Assembly (NCBI GenBank): GCA_951406725.2
Contig: OX597828.1
Coordinates: 23,250,001 to 23,314,000 of the forward strand
Length of the DNA stretch: 64,000 nucleotides
Direction of reading: 5' to 3'
From: Octopus vulgaris
Taxonomy: Eukaryota
Part shown: positions 58,806 to 64,000 of the stretch, one piece after another
Layout of the letters: each line of letters opens with the position of its first letter
How positions within the stretch are numbered: the stretch's first letter is position 1
The notes under the pieces: model-generated
What the model was told of the DNA's origin: nothing
Databases searched by the model: none
What the model saw: the letters and a program-made list of their open reading frames with translations, nothing else
Position numbers and translations under genes: made by a program

Positions 58806-59350
58806 CGGCTTATATATCAGACTATGGATAATTAAATTATAACAGTTAATATTTTCCACTTTGCATTTTTGTGCTATTCAAGACACTTTATAATTCACAA
58901 ACAAAACACAATGCTTCAAGCGAACTACAATACTCATATATACATATATTGTGTGTGTGTGTATACATGTATATATGTACTTATGCATGAATACATTTTA
59001 CATGGTGTTACAGTATATAATAATTACGCAGATTTTTGTTTTATTGCGGCAAAGGATATCACGTGACCGGTGTTGATGTTTTCACTGCTGTATTTGATAT
59101 TGTGTTTAATGGTTGACGCTTAATATTGGACTAACCACAGCAACAACGATAACAACAGCAACAACCAAATCGAAAATCCTGCTTTTTTTCTTTGTTTCGC
59201 TTTCTTTTCTTGTAGGAACAAATGTCTTATTGTGCTTTGTTATGTATTTTCTTTATAGAATAACCTCGAAGAACCGGGATTACAACATGTGTGTTTAGTT
59301 CTCTATGGTGCAAATAGCTAAATCAATCGTCTCCTTTGCTTATTTCGCAG

Positions 59351-59650
59351 ATTCTCAGGTTGCCACAGCGTAGACATTGTCCACTCGGTCAGCGTGCTAT
59401 GGGCCGCTGTATCAAGTTCTTCAGGAACGGTTCTCCATATCGACCGATCCTGACCAGAATCTCTCCCAACGCTATTAACTCACCACTACCCATTACTAGC
59501 ACCATATACATCAAGACACGCGTGAATGCAGGTAATAAACAATGCTATTACTACCCGAACGGTCCGGTAACCGTGCGCGTTTGTATAGTTCCACCAGAAA
59601 AGCCCTCCTTCTACAAATACATTAGAATTATCAAACTATACCGAATCGAG
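59351..59650 (+). CDS. Candidate internal host exon, 300 nt, phase 0-0, basic 100-aa peptide with 4 Cys, unknown product
   Basis: Acceptor ctcctttgcttatttcgcag| and donor GAG|gtaagc. Only one + frame is open. The segment is visibly GC-richer than its flanks, complex, and has no second copy in the window. Confidence 0.55.
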
Positions 59651-60360
59651 GTAAGCGTTCTCTGTATGCTTTTGCTCACTGTCAACCGCCTAACAGCATT
59701 TCGGTTTGGAACGAACAAACTTACCTGCTAGCATAGGATAGTCTCCCGTTTTAACACTTGAAATATTAGCCCCACTTTCACTAATATAAATATGTATGTA
59801 TGCAAATATGTATGTACGTATGTATGTGTATGTTCGTAAGTATACGCTGTCCACTCTTAATTTTTTTTTATTCACCCACTGACACTACTAAAACCAAGGT
59901 TAGAACTCTTAGAATTAAGACATTATTGTCCCAACAAAGGTAAAAAAAAAAAAAAGAAAAGAAAGTTTGAATATCGGATATATATTTTCAAAAATATTCC
60001 TTTTCCCATCTTTCTTATCTCTCAAAATTTACTTTTGATAGATTTACCCTTATCCCTTGCCCTCTGTTTCTATATCCCCATCTTTCTCTTCCTCTCTTTC
60101 TCTTTCTCTCTCTCTCTCTCTCTCTCACTCTCTCTCTCACTCACTCTCTCTCTCTCTTTCTCTTTCTCTCCCTATTCATCTATCTATCTATCTACTTGTC
60201 TGTCTTCCGCTATTCTGTCATTAATCATTGATCCACTTTCTTCACCTCACCCCAATTCTTCTTCGAATTTTTCTTCGTCTTCTCATTATTAACATCATCG
60301 TCGTCACCATCACCATCATGATGATCATAAACAAAATCAATAGCACATCGGATGATAGTT

Positions 60361-60880
60361 TCGTTAGCACGCTGAAAAAGAAATTGCTTAACAGCATTTC
60401 GTCCGTCTGTGCCAGGGGTTCTCAATCATTTTTTATCTATAGAGCCCTTCGATTACGATTTTATTTAGGTGGATCCTATAGCCACACGATGTTTAAAATT
60501 GATTTTCGTAGAAACTTCTTTCAAATTCATGTTTTGTTCCTCACACATTCAGTTGTGTAGCTTGGACTATGTAAAGTGTTAGAGAAAGAAACTTAACTGT
60601 TCCTTTCAATACACACCAATATATTCATCTAAAGCAGAAATTTTTCAGGGGCAATTAAAATATTGTTGTGGATTCCCAGTTTACAATTTCGTAGCGTGGG
60701 AAGCCCAAAATTCTTATATGGACCCTCGGAGGCCATATAGACTCCAGTTGAGAACCACTGGTCTATACATTTTCTGAGTTCAAATTCCACCGAGGTTGAC
60801 TGCGCCTGTCCGAGTACTAAGGACGATGTAATCAACTGGCCCCATCAACATAATATTTCAGGCTTTTTGCTTATATTAAA
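60361..60880 (+). mobile_element. SINE family C copy interrupted by a hAT MITE
   Basis: cgttagcacg...atttcgtccgtct lies before the MITE and ttctgagttcaaattccaccgaggttgac after it. Confidence 0.75.
60413..60760. mobile_element. hAT/Charlie-type MITE (348 bp)
   Basis: TIRs CAGGGGTTCTCAA and TTGAGAACCACTG; 8-bp TSD gtctgtgc/gtctatac (6 of 8 match). Confidence 0.85.
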
Positions 60881-60924
60881 ATTGTAGAGAGTATCACCAT
60901 CCTCTTCCTCCTTCTCAGGGTTAT

Positions 60925-61075
60925 TATCAAGGTGAGTCCGACAAGATGATTAGACCTATTTCTTCCGGCTGTTTATGGTCTCACTTGAAATCTCTCGAGG
61001 TCGACTTCACCTTTCATTCTTTCGCAGTCGATAAAATAACTACCAAGTTGCTGACATTGTCCCAAATTTTGAAAC
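60925..61075 (+). mobile_element. SINE family C, degenerate
   Basis: cgaggtcgacttcacctttcattctttcgcagtcgataaaataactacc. Confidence 0.65.
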
Positions 61076-61132
61076 CATTATCATCATCATCATCAACATT
61101 ATTATTATTACTATTATGATTATTATTATTAT

Positions 61133-61468
61133 TGAGTGAGAGAGCAGTTCATGCCATCAAAGTGACACTGGGGTAAAATATACGAAGCCCAATATATCCA
61201 TCATGACTACCCGTCTGATAAAGATACACCAGGCACATGCATCACAACCATATGTGCGCGACATGGTGATCTCATATCAAGATAAACAGCACATGACCTT
61301 GCAGGTGAGGCCCTGTTAGAATTTACTTCAGGTTGAGTAGCCCATCCCGCTCAAAAGGTCCCTGAATAAGGGTTGTTTAAAGATGTTGAAAGAACCACCC
61401 ATGTTTCCAGCGGTGAATTATTCAAACCCCAAAGAATCCCTCTCAACACATGGCTATGATGCTCCCCC
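61133..61468 (-). mobile_element. (TAA)n-associated repeat, copy 3, truncated
   Basis: Aligns to 20412-20745; TTA/TAA tracts on both sides. Confidence 0.8.
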
Positions 61469-61481
61469 AATAATAATAATA

Positions 61482-61525
<44 letters not shown>

Positions 61526-61871
61526 GATTATTATTATTTTCTCGCTTGGTTGATTCCTCTTCTTCATCTTACCTTCCTTCCCCAAATTTACACGTCAAAC
61601 CTCCTTCTCGCTTTCTCGACAAACTTTTCCTCCCACCTTCAGCCTTTCTAACAAAATTACCTATTAAACATCACTTTCACTTTCACTCCATTTTCCTTCT
61701 AATTTACAATTAGCTTAGCAGCCATAGCTTTGTCTCCTACATTGAAATAACGTATTGTTTTGTTGTATTTAACTATTTTCTGTTTCTTTCAAATATATGT
61801 TCAAACACACACACATACATATGCGCATAAGATATGCAGGTATATGTCTACATATCTGCATATACAAACAT

Positions 61872-61929
<58 letters not shown>

Positions 61930-62076
61930 ATGTGTGTGTGTGTGTATCTGTGTATGTATGTATACATATGCACGTATATATATATGTGTGTGTGTATACA
62001 TATTTTTTCTTTAATGTTCCTTATTTTCGATATTAAAAACAAGCTCAACGTCTCTATTTGTCTCTCTCTATCTTGC

Positions 62077-62138
<62 letters not shown>

Positions 62139-62142
62139 TATG

Positions 62143-62215
<73 letters not shown>

Positions 62216-62312
62216 ACATATATATATATATATATATATATGCATGCATATATATATACATATATATATATATACATATATATATATGTATATATATATA
62301 AATATATATATA

Positions 62313-62354
<42 letters not shown>

Positions 62355-62703
62355 AAAATACATGACCGTTTGTGTTTTTTCTTGCACTTACCCATTTAAA
62401 ATTTCTAACCGATAAACAGAAAGATATTTAGATATTTAGATAAAGTAGATAGATATTAGTAGTGGAATGTGTATTTTTAGTATTTACCAATTACTACTAT
62501 TACATTTAATCTGTTTTTAACATCTCCCTTTGTTTCAATCTGAAATTAAATCAAAATCAAAGAAATCGAAAATGGAAAGCGTTGTCAATTTACGAAACTT
62601 CCATACTTTTAATGCTCTTTAATAACAAATATTATTACTACTATTATTGCTACTAATATTCCTCTAATTATATTAATGTAAGAAATCACTGTTATTGTTG
62701 TTG

Positions 62704-62746
<43 letters not shown>

Positions 62747-62829
62747 TATTATTATTATTTTTACTTCATTAATATATTTTCATTATCATCACAACTGTAA
62801 TTACATTCTTAATATTATCATTATTATTA

Positions 62830-62869
<40 letters not shown>

Positions 62870-62949
62870 CATTATTATTATTATTATCATTAGTGTCATT
62901 ATTATCATCATCATTATCATCATCGTTATTGTTATTATTATTATTATGA

Positions 62950-63110
62950 AATCGGCATGTTTCCCGTCTTTGCGTTCTTAGTTCAAAATTCGCAAAGGTC
63001 TGCCTCACCTTTCATCCTTTCGGGGTCGATAAATTAAGTAAGTGGTGGCGATAGAAACAACAAGTCCCCTGCCACAAAATCCCAAGCATTGTACCTGTAA
63101 TAGAAACGAT
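62950..63110 (+). mobile_element. SINE family C, 5'-truncated, (ATT)n tail
   Basis: cctttcatcctttcggggtcgataaattaagta...tagaaacgattattatt. Confidence 0.7.
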
Positions 63111-63136
63111 TATTATTATTATTATTATTATTATTA

Positions 63137-63182
<46 letters not shown>

Positions 63183-63203
63183 CATCATCATCACTATTAT
63201 TAT

Positions 63204-63652
63204 TCTTGACTTTTGCTTTGTATTTGTACAAGTTGACTTCAAGTCTCACCCAGAGACCTCAAGACACAACAAGTTAGAAGTTCAAGTTGGTGTTATGCCT
63301 AGCGTGTCATATATTTGGTTTTACACATAGTATTGTTGTAGAGAATGTTTAAGTAAGCGTAAGAAAATTATGAGTTTGTTTTCAAATTTGAGATTACATA
63401 GAGAGTATTTTATGTAGGATATGAGTAGTTGCCATGTGCAATATCTGTTGAATTTCTGCCGGTTTGGGGATTTTCCTGGTATCTGGGCTAGGTAAGAATC
63501 AGCCACTTTTTCTATCATTCCTAGGACACCTATGACAACAGGCATTGATTTAATTTTGGGGTTCCACATTTTGCCAATTTCAATTTAAAGATCTTTATAT
63601 TTGCTCAGTTTTTGTTGGATCTTCACAGATATATTTATGTGGATTGGAACTG
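63204..63652 (-). mobile_element. R4/Dong 3' fragment: restriction-like endonuclease C-terminus plus 3'UTR, (TAA)n tail
   Basis: VPIHINISVKIQQKLSKYKDL*IEIGKMW...PVVIGVLG...EIQQILHMATTHILHKILSM*. Confidence 0.88.
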
Positions 63653-63664
63653 TTATTACTATTA

Positions 63665-63850
63665 TTCTATGTTTGACTTTTGCTTTACATTTGCACAATC
63701 TGACCCCAAGTCTCACCCAGAGACCTCAAGGGACAACAAGTTGGAAGTTCATGTTGGTGTTATGCTTAGGGTGCCATATATTTGGTTTTGTACTTAGTGA
63801 TGTACTAGAGAATGCCTAAAAAAACATACGAAAATTGTTTGTTTTAAAAT
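63665..63850 (-). mobile_element. R4/Dong 3'UTR-only fragment
   Basis: Near-identical to 20948-21132. Confidence 0.82.
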
Positions 63851-63874
63851 TATAATTATTATTATTATTATTAT

Positions 63875-63937
<63 letters not shown>

Positions 63938-63938
63938 G

Positions 63939-63970
<32 letters not shown>

Positions 63971-64000
63971 GACTACTACTACTACTACTACTACTACTAC
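63875..64000. repeat. (TAC)n microsatellite running off the window
   Basis: Read directly. Confidence 0.95.

Noticed and set aside
60919-60931. 13-nt micro-exon-like signal (ttctcag|ggttattatcaag|gtgagt)
   Set aside because: The donor overlaps a degenerate SINE-C head, and it cannot be supported without RNA data.

Overview
This is AT-rich animal genomic DNA, intronic or intergenic, with no prokaryotic features. It is saturated with microsatellites ((TA)n, (CA)n, (TAGA)n, (TACA)n, (TTC)n, (TAA)n, (GAT)n, (GGT)n, (TAC)n), and almost every ORF in the supplied track is a translation artefact of these repeats. The repeat repertoire resembles an Octopus-type cephalopod genome; this is inferred from recalled repeat families and not verified by a search. 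Mobile content: three SINE families (labelled A, B, C here), three non-autonomous Helitrons, decayed R4/Dong, CR1/L2-group, RTE and probably Penelope-like (PLE) retroelement fragments, a mariner transposase remnant, and mariner-, pogo/Tigger- and hAT-type MITEs. One 300-nt candidate host exon lies at 59351-59650. Three observations stand out. (1) A dispersed set of sequence-diverse minimal type I hammerhead ribozyme motifs of the PLE kind. (2) A LINE 3' end whose tail matches the SINE-A tail with a compensated stem-loop, identifying a probable SINE-LINE partner pair. (3) A defined ~540-bp non-coding element, plus Dong 3' ends, found only inside (TAA)n tracts. All calls were made by eye; boundaries of decayed elements are approximate.
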